Virus record (IMG/VR): IMGVR_UViG_3300025875_000082 | Location: 1-29,865 of that record | Strand: one strand, 5' to 3' | Source of the DNA: a virus | Taxonomy: Duplodnaviria; Caudoviricetes | Length of the DNA stretch: 29,865 nt | Shown: one piece after another, positions 8,989 to 16,374 of the stretch | Layout of the letters: each line of letters begins with the position of its first letter | How positions within the stretch are numbered: the first letter of the stretch is position 1 | The notes under the pieces: model-generated | What the model saw: only the letters and a program-made list of their open reading frames with translations | What the model was told of the DNA's origin: nothing | Databases searched by the model: none | Program-made: the position numbers and the translations under genes

Positions 8989-9169
8989 GCGCTTGTTCGA
9001 CAAGCCTACGGATAGCTTCCGGGCGAGAGGGATTGTCGGCCTGGGCAGCAATCCACAGGTCGATTCGCGCTAGCTGATCGGGCGGGACGCGAACGGCTAA
9101 TTGTGTCGCGTTGACGGGAGGCCGACCCCTTCCCCTCCTTTTTATCGTATCAGATATTGACTGGCCCAC
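8972..9169 (-). CDS. Ribbon-helix-helix (CopG/Arc-like) transcriptional regulator
   Basis: KRRGRGRPP followed by TQLAVRVPPDQLARIDLWIAAQADNPSRPEAIRRLVEQAL, an RHH pattern; divergent from the 9256 operon. Confidence 0.85.
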   Translation of the reverse strand: MGQSISDTIKRRGRGRPPVNATQLAVRVPPDQLARIDLWIAAQADNPSRPEAIRRLVEQALNPES

Positions 9170-9186
9170 GATTTGCTCGTATCAGA
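9145..9186 (+). promoter_or_regulatory. Sigma70-type promoter with two direct-repeat operator candidates
   Basis: TTGACT (9157-9162), 17 nt spacer, TATCAG (9180-9185); perfect 10-bp direct repeat TCGTATCAGA at 9145-9154 and 9177-9186. Confidence 0.7.
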
Positions 9187-9192
9187 AAAGCA

Positions 9193-9225
9193 GGCCGGTG
9201 GGAAGCAGCAACTTCCACACCGGCC
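9193..9225 (+). promoter_or_regulatory. 5' leader hairpin of the accessory operon
   Basis: GGCCGGTG-GGAAG / CTTCC-A-CACCGGCC: 13-bp stem with one bulge and a CAGCAA loop, starting at the predicted transcription start. Confidence 0.6.
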
Positions 9226-9255
9226 CTAACCGATAACCGTTCCAGGAGAACGATC

Positions 9256-9738
9256 ATGGCTGACGAAGCCTATATCACGATGTCCAGCGCCGTCATAACG
9301 CAGGCCCTTGCGACGCTGGGTTCCGATCCCGTTTGGGACCGGAACCTGATGCGCTTCTTGGCTTGCGAGGCTTTGGCGCGAGCTGACGACCAGTTCGGCG
9401 ACTATAGCAAAGCCACGGAAGCTGACTTCGCCGGGCGTCACGCACTACAGGCCGCGTTCGGCAAGGGCTACCAAACGGACGAGTATGGCGCAGAGGTTGA
9501 CAAGTTGCTCGGAAAGCAAATGGCGGCAGCCGACGAGCGGCGTACACGTAAATACCTCATGCCCTATTGGGATGCCGCAAGAGCGTTGGCGAGGACTCCG
9601 GCGCCCTCGCTTCCTGCTGCTCTGTTCAAGGTCACTCTCTCGCTGACGGAAGACTTCGCGGGCGACAATGAGTTGTCCGAGCCAATTATGGAAATCGTGT
9701 CTGCGGACTTCGCGCGCCTCCAGCAAGGAGCGGCATAA
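9256..9738 (+). CDS. Hypothetical alpha-helical protein, first gene of the accessory operon
   Basis: AGGAGA RBS at 9244-9249; 160 aa; TPAPSLPAALFK motif; TAATG coupling to the next gene. Confidence 0.8.
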   Translation: MADEAYITMSSAVITQALATLGSDPVWDRNLMRFLACEALARADDQFGDYSKATEADFAGRHALQAAFGKGYQTDEYGAEVDKLLGKQMAAADERRTRKYLMPYWDAARALARTPAPSLPAALFKVTLSLTEDFAGDNELSEPIMEIVSADFARLQQGAA

Positions 9739-10355
9739 TGGCGGCGACACAGAAGATCGAACTGCCGGCGCTGCGGATCGAGACGGTTCTCATACCGATC
9801 GTCGGCGACAGCCCGCTCATCTGCCATGCCTTCTCCAAGAAGGCGCAGGAAATGATGTTGGCGAAACAGACCAAGCGGGCCAGTGCGGGCCGCGAGGCGA
9901 AAGACCCGTGGCAGGACTTTTGCGAGAGCCTCTACTGGCTTGACGGAATGCCCGCCAAACCGACGGAGGAGCAGGTCGAGAACGGGCGGTTTGGCTTTCC
10001 GGCGATCGGCTTCAAGTCGGCAGCGGTTACAGCCTGCACGTCCATCTCCTCGATTACGAAGGTGGCGGCTCGGCAGGCCTTCCACATCGACCAGGAGTTC
10101 GTGGAGATCAAAGGCGTGCCGGCAATGCGGCAGGACATGGCGCGAGTTGGTCAGGGCACCGCAGACATCAGGTTCCGGGGGGAGTTTGATCCTTGGTCGG
10201 CCGTGCTGCCGGTCAAGTTCAATGCCGGGCTGCTATCGGCGGAGCAGGTGGTGAACCTGTTCCAGACTGCAGGCTTCGCGGTGGGTATTGGCGACTGGCG
10301 ACCAGAGCGCGACGGCCAGTTCGGGCGCTTTCATGTCGAAGGGGAGCGCGGGTAA
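9738..10355 (+). CDS. Stand-alone RAMP/Cas7-like protein (candidate RNA-guided effector)
   Basis: 205 aa with RAMP-like motifs in the expected order: IVGDSPLICH, FGFPAIGFKSA, and C-terminal Gly-rich loop GFAVGIGDWRPERDGQFGRFHV; AAGGAG RBS. The ORF is secure; the fold call is by eye. Confidence 0.72.
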   Translation: MAATQKIELPALRIETVLIPIVGDSPLICHAFSKKAQEMMLAKQTKRASAGREAKDPWQDFCESLYWLDGMPAKPTEEQVENGRFGFPAIGFKSAAVTACTSISSITKVAARQAFHIDQEFVEIKGVPAMRQDMARVGQGTADIRFRGEFDPWSAVLPVKFNAGLLSAEQVVNLFQTAGFAVGIGDWRPERDGQFGRFHVEGERG

Positions 10356-10822
10356 TGGCCATCTATTGCTGGAAGCCTGGCTCACATCACAAGGTGGCGC
10401 CGCAGCTGGCAGGCGCCGAAATGGAGCGCATCCGGGTCCGCCAGAACGGGCGCCTAGAAGCCGCCGACTTGGTGCGCGAGAGCCGGTCTCCCGATGCGCC
10501 GCTGCATCCGGAGTTCGAGTGGGATGATCAGCATGCCGCTGAGGCATACCGACTGTCTCAGGCATCGGCGATGATCCGCCACATCACCGTTCAGATGGCG
10601 AAGCGGGACGGTGGGGAAGCGCCGATCAGGGCTTTCGTATCTGTTGTTCGCGATGAGGATCGATCGTACACTTCGACCGCTCATGCACTGAGCGACGCCG
10701 AGCTTCGCCAGCAGGTGCTCGATCAGGCATGGCGCGAATTGGAGGCGTGGCGGCAACGCCATGCAGAGCTGACCGAGATGGCGGAAATTTTCGCCGTAAT
10801 CGATCAGGCTCGGGCCGCCTAA
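10355..10822 (+). CDS. Hypothetical protein coupled to the RAMP-like gene
   Basis: ATG 10355 in a TAATG overlap, GGGGAG RBS; 155 aa, largely helical, with PLHPEFEWDD..AAEAYRL.QA motif. Confidence 0.82.
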   Translation: MAIYCWKPGSHHKVAPQLAGAEMERIRVRQNGRLEAADLVRESRSPDAPLHPEFEWDDQHAAEAYRLSQASAMIRHITVQMAKRDGGEAPIRAFVSVVRDEDRSYTSTAHALSDAELRQQVLDQAWRELEAWRQRHAELTEMAEIFAVIDQARAA

Positions 10823-10837
10823 AAGGGTCCGAAACGA

Positions 10838-10952
10838 GGCAGGCATGGCTAGGCGCGGCAAGGTAAGGCGTGGCTTGGTGAGGCACGGCAGGCGAGGCAT
10901 GGCGTGGCCGGGCTAGGTGAGGCCGGTCCAGGCGTGGCACTGCAAGGCAGCC
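10838..10952 (+). ncRNA. GGY-NN period-5 repeat tract; candidate guide RNA array with two units
   Basis: 23 triplets (21 GGY, plus GTC and TGC) separated by variable dinucleotides; single-A spacers at 10841 and 10890 form GGCAGGC boundaries; intergenic, between a stop codon and a terminator. Confidence 0.8.
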
Positions 10953-10957
10953 AACCC

Positions 10958-10991
10958 GAAGGGGCGTCGGAAACGGCGCCCCTTCTTCATT
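10958..10991 (+). terminator. Intrinsic terminator / 3' hairpin of the repeat RNA
   Basis: GAAGGGGCGTCG-GAAA-CGGCGCCCCTTC: 12-bp stem (one G-U), GNRA loop, followed by TTCATT. Confidence 0.8.
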
Positions 10992-11010
10992 GCAGCGAAG
11001 GAGTATCAGG

Positions 11011-11166
11011 ATGGATGATGCCAAGCGGATCGACGCATTAGAGGTGGCCGTCGCGGGTCTCAGAGAGCAGCTATGGCACCTTGAAGGGCTTGTTTCGCCG
11101 CCGCCTTCGCAAGCTCTTTCAGCTGGCTCTCAGGCTGATCCCCTGGGGTCTCAATCGGCACCATGA
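11011..11166 (+). CDS. Possible small protein (51 aa)
   Basis: AAGGAG RBS at 10998-11003; MDDAKRIDALEVAVAGLREQLWHLEGLV is coiled-coil-like; overlaps the antisense ORF 11060-11260. Confidence 0.4.
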   Translation: MDDAKRIDALEVAVAGLREQLWHLEGLVSPPPSQALSAGSQADPLGSQSAP

Positions 11167-11260
11167 TGTTGACGTGCGCGTTGTTGCTTGGATCGCGCAG
11201 GGAGATCGAAGCCGTGCCTCGCAGCAAGTCAACCGAGAGGGTCTGAATTTCTAATGCCAT
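11060..11260 (-). CDS. Small hypothetical protein (66 aa), moron
   Basis: MALEIQTLSVDLLRGTASISLRD...AKAAAKQALQGAIAAL (beta-beta-beta-alpha pattern); GAGGG RBS upstream; antisense to the late operon. Confidence 0.6.
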   Translation of the reverse strand: MALEIQTLSVDLLRGTASISLRDPSNNAHVNIMVPIETPGDQPESQLKELAKAAAKQALQGAIAAL

Positions 11261-11330
11261 TGCAGCCCTCATGATTCGATTTGAGACAACCTGACGGCAA
11301 AACCGCCGCGATGCCAGCAATAGAACCAAC

Positions 11331-11352
11331 GGGCGCCTTCTGGCGCCCTTTT
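11331..11352 (+). terminator. Intrinsic terminator at the right edge of the island
   Basis: GGGCGCC-TTCT-GGCGCCC followed by TTTT. Confidence 0.75.
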
Positions 11353-11389
11353 CATTGGAGAGTAGTGATCGTGAGCCAACGGCGAGGCC

Positions 11390-12118
11390 ATGCCTCGAAC
11401 TGACGTGACGGTGTTCGCCGACAGATACATCGGCCGATACCGCCAACACCAAGCGCTGGTCCGGCTCCGCGTGGAAGCCGCTGCGCTCATCGCAACGGAT
11501 CAGGTGAGCCGCCAGGCACAAGAGGGCATTCGTGCGGCGATGCGTGGCGCTAACCTGGGTCGGCTGGGTCAAGCCATTGGCCAGACCTCTGACATGCAGA
11601 AGGGTCGTGTGCATCGGCAGGGCAATGAATGGTCGGCTTCCGGCACGCTGTTCATCCGCTCGCGCTCGGAGCGCACGCTTGGGGCGATCGAGGCATACAC
11701 GATGGGCGCCAGCATCAAGCCGGTGCGCGGCCGCTGGCTGTGGAGAGCCACCGACGAGATCCCGCGCGTGGCCGGCGCTGGCAGCAAGCGCGAGCGCGTC
11801 ACGCCGGCCAATTGGTCCAAGTTCGGGCTGGACACCAAGATCGGCCCCCTAGTGCAGATCCGCAGCATCAACGGCTATCCGCTGCTTGTAGTGCGGGGCG
11901 GCAGCGTCAACGCCGCGGGCGCACCACGCAAGGCCCGCGCTCTCACGAAGACCGGCCGGGCCCGGAAGAGCCAGCGCGAGAAGGCGTTCATCGTCGCCTT
12001 CGTGGCAATCCCGAATACAGCGCGCGCCGCGCGTGTGAATATCCGCGAGATCGTGGAGCGCGAACGCCAGCACCTTCCCGCGCTGCTTCAGCGCGCACTC
12101 GAAACGACGGCTCGCTGA
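11390..12118 (+). CDS. Basic tail/neck morphogenesis protein (DUF6441-like)
   Basis: Arg-rich; GANLGRLGQAI, AYTMGASIKPVRGRWL, RVTPANW and PLLVV motifs resemble alphaproteobacterial phage DUF6441; directly before the tape measure gene. Confidence 0.65.
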   Translation: MPRTDVTVFADRYIGRYRQHQALVRLRVEAAALIATDQVSRQAQEGIRAAMRGANLGRLGQAIGQTSDMQKGRVHRQGNEWSASGTLFIRSRSERTLGAIEAYTMGASIKPVRGRWLWRATDEIPRVAGAGSKRERVTPANWSKFGLDTKIGPLVQIRSINGYPLLVVRGGSVNAAGAPRKARALTKTGRARKSQREKAFIVAFVAIPNTARAARVNIREIVERERQHLPALLQRALETTAR

Positions 12119-12120
12119 CG

Positions 12121-15100
12121 ATGGCCGGCGCGGATTTTCCCATTTTCATTCAGGCGCGGTATCGCACGGATGGGCAGGCCGAGACGCAGTTCCTGGCAGA
12201 TGCCGATCGCGTGATTTCCGGCGCGCGGCGCAAGTTCGCCGACTTCGCCGACGAAACGCAGCGGACCATCAACCGCGCCATATCGATGCCTCGCAACGAG
12301 GTCGGCAGCCTCAACCTGGGCGTCGACCAGCTGCGCGAGGCGGCGAGGGCGCAGGACGCGCGGGCCATCGCGGCACGCGAAGTTGCCAATGCTACGTTGG
12401 CAGCGGCCAAGGCGGACAACCTCTGGACGCAGGAGGTCAGGGAGGCGATCAGCGCCGCGCGGTCATACGCGACGCAGCAGGAGAACATGTCGGCCTCGAT
12501 GTTTGGTCAAGTGCGGGCGGCAGAGGCGGTGCAGCGCGAGCTTAATAAGACGGTATCCGCGACCAACATGGTCGTGCCCGCGAGCCGCGCAGGCGCAAGC
12601 TCCATCGGCACGATGCGGGGCGCTTACGTCATGCTCGGCCAGCAGATGCAGGACTCAGTCGTGCAGCTCCAGGCCGGCACTTCGGCGATGACCGTGCTCG
12701 TGCAGCAGGCTCCGCAAGCCGCGTATGCGCTGACGGGGCTTGCGGGCAGCGCGAACAAGACGGCGGCCGCCATCGGTGGCGCAGCGGCCTTCCTGTCGGG
12801 GCCCTGGGGCGCCGCAGTTCTCGCAGCTACAGCCTTGGCCGGCCCGCTCATCTATCGCCTCATCGAGAGCAGTGATGCCTTCAAGGGTCAGGGCGACGCC
12901 GTGCGCGACGCGGTCGAGAAGCTGCAAGATGATGCGCGGCAGACGCAGGTAACGGAAGCTGCCAAGCGCGCTTTCGGGGCGACAATTGAGGGCGTCACTG
13001 CTGCTCTTCAAGCGAACCAGAAGTCACTCGACGATCTCAACGACTCTGGCAAAACTGCAGCGCGGATTTCGCTTGAGATTGCTCTAGCGAAAAGGGCGGA
13101 AGCCGAGGCCACTCGAGCGGCAACTCAAGCGACGTTGGATGAAGCGCAGGCGCTCTTTGAATACCAACGTCAGCGCGCTGCGGGTTCCGGACAGTCCAGC
13201 GACATTGCCGCACTTGGTCTGTCTGATCGGTATCAAGCGATTGAGCGTGCTCGCCGAGCGCTGGCTGAAACAGATGCCGCTCTAGCTCAGGCCGATCGCC
13301 AGATAGCCGACGCTCTCTCCCGCCGCCAAGTTGAACTCGGCCAACGCAGCCCCGAAGACCTGATCAATCAGCGCTACGATTTGATGATTGAGAAGGCGCG
13401 AGAGGCGGCGGTCGAGAGCGGAAACCTGGGGCGCGCGCTGCGCGAAGAGGTCAAGGCGATCGAAGCCCTGCGGGACGCCGAGATCAAGAGGAACCAGCAG
13501 AGCAGCCGCAGCACTCGCGATCCCGGCCAACTCACCGAGTTCGTCCCAGCTGTGTCCGGAGGGCGCATCAGCGGCCAGTACGGCGAGCAGCGCACCGGCC
13601 GCCGCCATGCGGGCATTGACATCGCGGTGCCCGTTGGCACGCCAGTCCGCGCCCCGGCCGGCGGCGTCGTCGTCGAATCCGGCACGATGGGCGGATATGG
13701 CAACGTCATCTTCATTGACCACGGCGGCGGCACCATCACCCGCCTTGCTCACCTCAGTCAGCTTGGCGTGGCCAAGGGCACGCAGGTTGCTCAAGGCGAG
13801 GTTATCGGTCTGTCCGGAGGTGCGCGCGGCGCACCCGGCGCTGGCAACAGCCGCGGCCCACATCTGCACCAGGAAACGCTGGTCAATGGCCGGCATGTCG
13901 ATCCTCGCGGCGGACGTTTCCGTACCGACGACCTAGCCGTCGCGCGCGAAGCGGAGCGGGCCGCACAAGCCCAAGCTCGCGCCGACGAGCAGCGCGCCCG
14001 CGCTATGCAGGAACTCGCCGACTTCGGCGCCCGCGCCGACGAGCAGGTGCTGCGCCTCAACGAAAAGTTCGACGAGCAACCCCGCCTGGTCGACCAGGCC
14101 GCGCGCGCCACCCGCGAACTCGACGCGATCATCGCCGAGCTCGGCGAGCGCAAGCCGATCGGTTGGGAGCAGACCGCAGCCGATGCTCGTGATGCGCAGG
14201 CGGTGATCCAGGAGGCGCTGGTGCGGCCGTTCCAGGAACTTGAGGAGGACTCGGCGCGGCGGCTGGAGATCGATCGCCTCATCACCGCCAATCGGGGCGA
14301 CGAGGCCGAGGCTCTGCAGATCATCTGGAACCTCGAAAGCAGCCTTGGTCCGATCGGCGAGAAGCGCAAGGCCGACATTCTCGACATGGTCCGGCTCGAG
14401 CAGGAGGTCACCGAGGAACTCGAGCGGCAGCGGGACAGGCAGGACGCCTTCCTGGAAGCCAACCGGGCGCTTCGCAGCGAGCTCGAAAGCCTGTTCTCCG
14501 GCGATGGCGCCGACTTCCAGCGCATAGCCAAGCAGCTGCAATCGCAGCTGGTCGTCGAGGAACTGTTCGGCGATGCACTGCGCGAGCTGGACGAGGTCGC
14601 CAAGAGCGGCTTCGACCAGACCGTCGACCACCTGAAGGACGAGACCGACCGCGCCGCTGGCGCCGCTGGCCTTTTCGCGGACGCCATCGATGGGGCCGCT
14701 GTCCGCATCGCCAATCCGGAAGCGGCGGCGGCGCAGGACGATCTCATGCGGCGCTTCGACGAGGCGTTCGGCGCGCCGGGTGCCGGTGCCGCCAACGACA
14801 ACGGCCCGATCGTGGTCACCGCATCGCAGCAGGCCGCGCGGGACACGGTCGCTGGAATGCGGCCCGAAGAATATTTCGACCGGGTCGGCCGCAGGATGGT
14901 GCAGCCATTGCTCACCGGCATGGAGGACATACTTGGCACGAAGCTCGCCGGCGAGCTCGGCAGCATCCTCGGCGGTGCGGCTGGTGGCTATCTCTCCGGC
15001 GGCTCGCTTGGCGCAGCGCTGGGTGCGCTCAAGGGCGGCGTCTTCGAGTTCGGCCCCGACGTGTTCGGCAAGGGGCTCACCGAAGACCTGTTGGGCGCCT

Positions 15101-16374
15101 TCGGCGGCGCTTCCACCGGCGGACAGGTCAACGCGCTGTCGCAGGCCCTTGGGCTGGGCGGCAGCAGCACAGGGGCGGCTCTCGGCGGGATGGTGGGGTC
15201 GCTGCTCCCCATTCCAGGCGGGGACATCATCGGTGCAGTGGCTGGCAACTTCCTGTCCAGCCTGTTTGGCAGTTCGAAGGATTATGGGACCGCCCTGCTG
15301 ACCAGTGCGAACGGCACCTCTGGCCTGACAAGCCGGGGGGATGACGGCGAAAATGTGGCGTCTGGCCTGGCCTCGTCGCTGCAGGACAGCCTCAAGAGCA
15401 TTGCAGACCAGCTTGATGCACAGGTCGGGGCCTTCGACGTCGCGATCGGCATGTACGATGGCAACTACCGGGTCCGCGACAGCACGAAAGGTTGGAACGG
15501 GGAGGGCGGTCTCAACTTCAGCGGCAACTCCGCTCAAGGCCTCACCGACTTCGGCGAAGATGAAGGCGCGGCACTCGTCTATGCTCTCGCCAACGCACTG
15601 CAGGATGGAGCTATCCAGGGCCTCAGTGCAGCCGAGCAGCGGCTGCTGACGCTCAGCGACGACGTGGAGCAGGCGCTGCAGGACGTGCTCGACTTCCGCA
15701 GCGTGTTCCAGCGGCTGCGCGAATACCAGGATCCGGTCGGCGCCGCGCTCGACGAATTGAACGCCGAGTTCGAGGATTTGGCCGACCTGTTCGAACGAGC
15801 CGGTGCCAGCGCCGCCGAATTGGCGCAGCTGGAAGAACTCTACGGCATCGAGCGTGCTCAGGTGCTCGAGGAATCGCTCCAGAGCATGACCGGCACGCTG
15901 CAAGGCCTGCTCGATGATCTGCTGATCGGCGACAGCGGCTTGTCGCTGCGCGATCGCCAGGCGAACGCTCTTGGCACCTACAACGAGTTGTCCGCCAAGG
16001 TGCAGGCCGGCGATACCACGGCATTCGACGCTTACGCCGAGGCGGCGCAGCAACTGCTCGCGATCGAGCGCGAAATCTACGGCAGTCAGGAAGCATATTT
16101 CGCCCGCTTCGATGAAGTGCGCTCGACGACCGAGGGCGCCTTGGCTGAGCAGGAACTTCTGATGAGCCAAGCAGAAAGCCGGGACAGTCCGTTCGGCGCA
16201 AGCACCGGCGATACGGCGCTCATCTCGAGCGTCGACCGCGGCAACGAGGCCATTGTGGGGCAGCTGCAGGCTGTGAACGACAACCTCGCCACGGTCGGGC
16301 GCCTGTTGGCGGCGCAGGCCGGCGCGAATAGCAGCGGCACGCAGTTGGCCGCCTACGGGGCTGATTACTTCTGA
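12121..16374 (+). CDS. Tail tape measure protein with embedded M23 peptidase domain
   Basis: True start ATG 12121 (1417 aa); lambda-type TMP motif LGQQMQDSVVQLQAGTSAMTVLVQQAPQ; long Ala/Glu helices; HAGID...GGYGN...AHL...GPHLH at about 13540-13905. Confidence 0.93.
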   Translation: MAGADFPIFIQARYRTDGQAETQFLADADRVISGARRKFADFADETQRTINRAISMPRNEVGSLNLGVDQLREAARAQDARAIAAREVANATLAAAKADNLWTQEVREAISAARSYATQQENMSASMFGQVRAAEAVQRELNKTVSATNMVVPASRAGASSIGTMRGAYVMLGQQMQDSVVQLQAGTSAMTVLVQQAPQAAYALTGLAGSANKTAAAIGGAAAFLSGPWGAAVLAATALAGPLIYRLIESSDAFKGQGDAVRDAVEKLQDDARQTQVTEAAKRAFGATIEGVTAALQANQKSLDDLNDSGKTAARISLEIALAKRAEAEATRAATQATLDEAQALFEYQRQRAAGSGQSSDIAALGLSDRYQAIERARRALAETDAALAQADRQIADALSRRQVELGQRSPEDLINQRYDLMIEKAREAAVESGNLGRALREEVKAIEALRDAEIKRNQQSSRSTRDPGQLTEFVPAVSGGRISGQYGEQRTGRRHAGIDIAVPVGTPVRAPAGGVVVESGTMGGYGNVIFIDHGGGTITRLAHLSQLGVAKGTQVAQGEVIGLSGGARGAPGAGNSRGPHLHQETLVNGRHVDPRGGRFRTDDLAVAREAERAAQAQARADEQRARAMQELADFGARADEQVLRLNEKFDEQPRLVDQAARATRELDAIIAELGERKPIGWEQTAADARDAQAVIQEALVRPFQELEEDSARRLEIDRLITANRGDEAEALQIIWNLESSLGPIGEKRKADILDMVRLEQEVTEELERQRDRQDAFLEANRALRSELESLFSGDGADFQRIAKQLQSQLVVEELFGDALRELDEVAKSGFDQTVDHLKDETDRAAGAAGLFADAIDGAAVRIANPEAAAAQDDLMRRFDEAFGAPGAGAANDNGPIVVTASQQAARDTVAGMRPEEYFDRVGRRMVQPLLTGMEDILGTKLAGELGSILGGAAGGYLSGGSLGAALGALKGGVFEFGPDVFGKGLTEDLLGAFGGASTGGQVNALSQALGLGGSSTGAALGGMVGSLLPIPGGDIIGAVAGNFLSSLFGSSKDYGTALLTSANGTSGLTSRGDDGENVASGLASSLQDSLKSIADQLDAQVGAFDVAIGMYDGNYRVRDSTKGWNGEGGLNFSGNSAQGLTDFGEDEGAALVYALANALQDGAIQGLSAAEQRLLTLSDDVEQALQDVLDFRSVFQRLREYQDPVGAALDELNAEFEDLADLFERAGASAAELAQLEELYGIERAQVLEESLQSMTGTLQGLLDDLLIGDSGLSLRDRQANALGTYNELSAKVQAGDTTAFDAYAEAAQQLLAIEREIYGSQEAYFARFDEVRSTTEGALAEQELLMSQAESRDSPFGASTGDTALISSVDRGNEAIVGQLQAVNDNLATVGRLLAAQAGANSSGTQLAAYGADYF

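Noticed and set aside
10769-10840. Hammerhead ribozyme suggested by CTGA...GAAAC upstream of the repeat tract
   Set aside because: No CUGANGA core with proper stems could be assembled, and most of the region is coding
10838-10952. Canonical CRISPR array or simple microsatellite
   Set aside because: No 23-47 bp direct repeats with spacers; the units are not homogeneous (3 fixed plus 2 variable nt). A G-quadruplex role for the GG runs cannot be excluded but does not explain the strict period or the Y conservation
10454-11024. Minus-strand ORFs 10454-10900 and 10626-11024 with repetitive PRL/PCL/PHL peptides
   Set aside because: They are antisense shadows of the 5-nt GGY-NN repeat and overlap a well-supported + strand gene
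11262-11287. Possible self-target of repeat unit 1 (TTnGAnAC at 11280-11287)
   Set aside because: The match covers the last three dinucleotides and breaks immediately upstream (CG instead of GT); expected by chance
11629-12120. N-terminal 164-aa extension of the tape measure ORF in the ORF track
   Set aside because: Overlaps the 11390-12118 gene and reads as off-frame sequence; ATG 12121 follows the upstream stop directly
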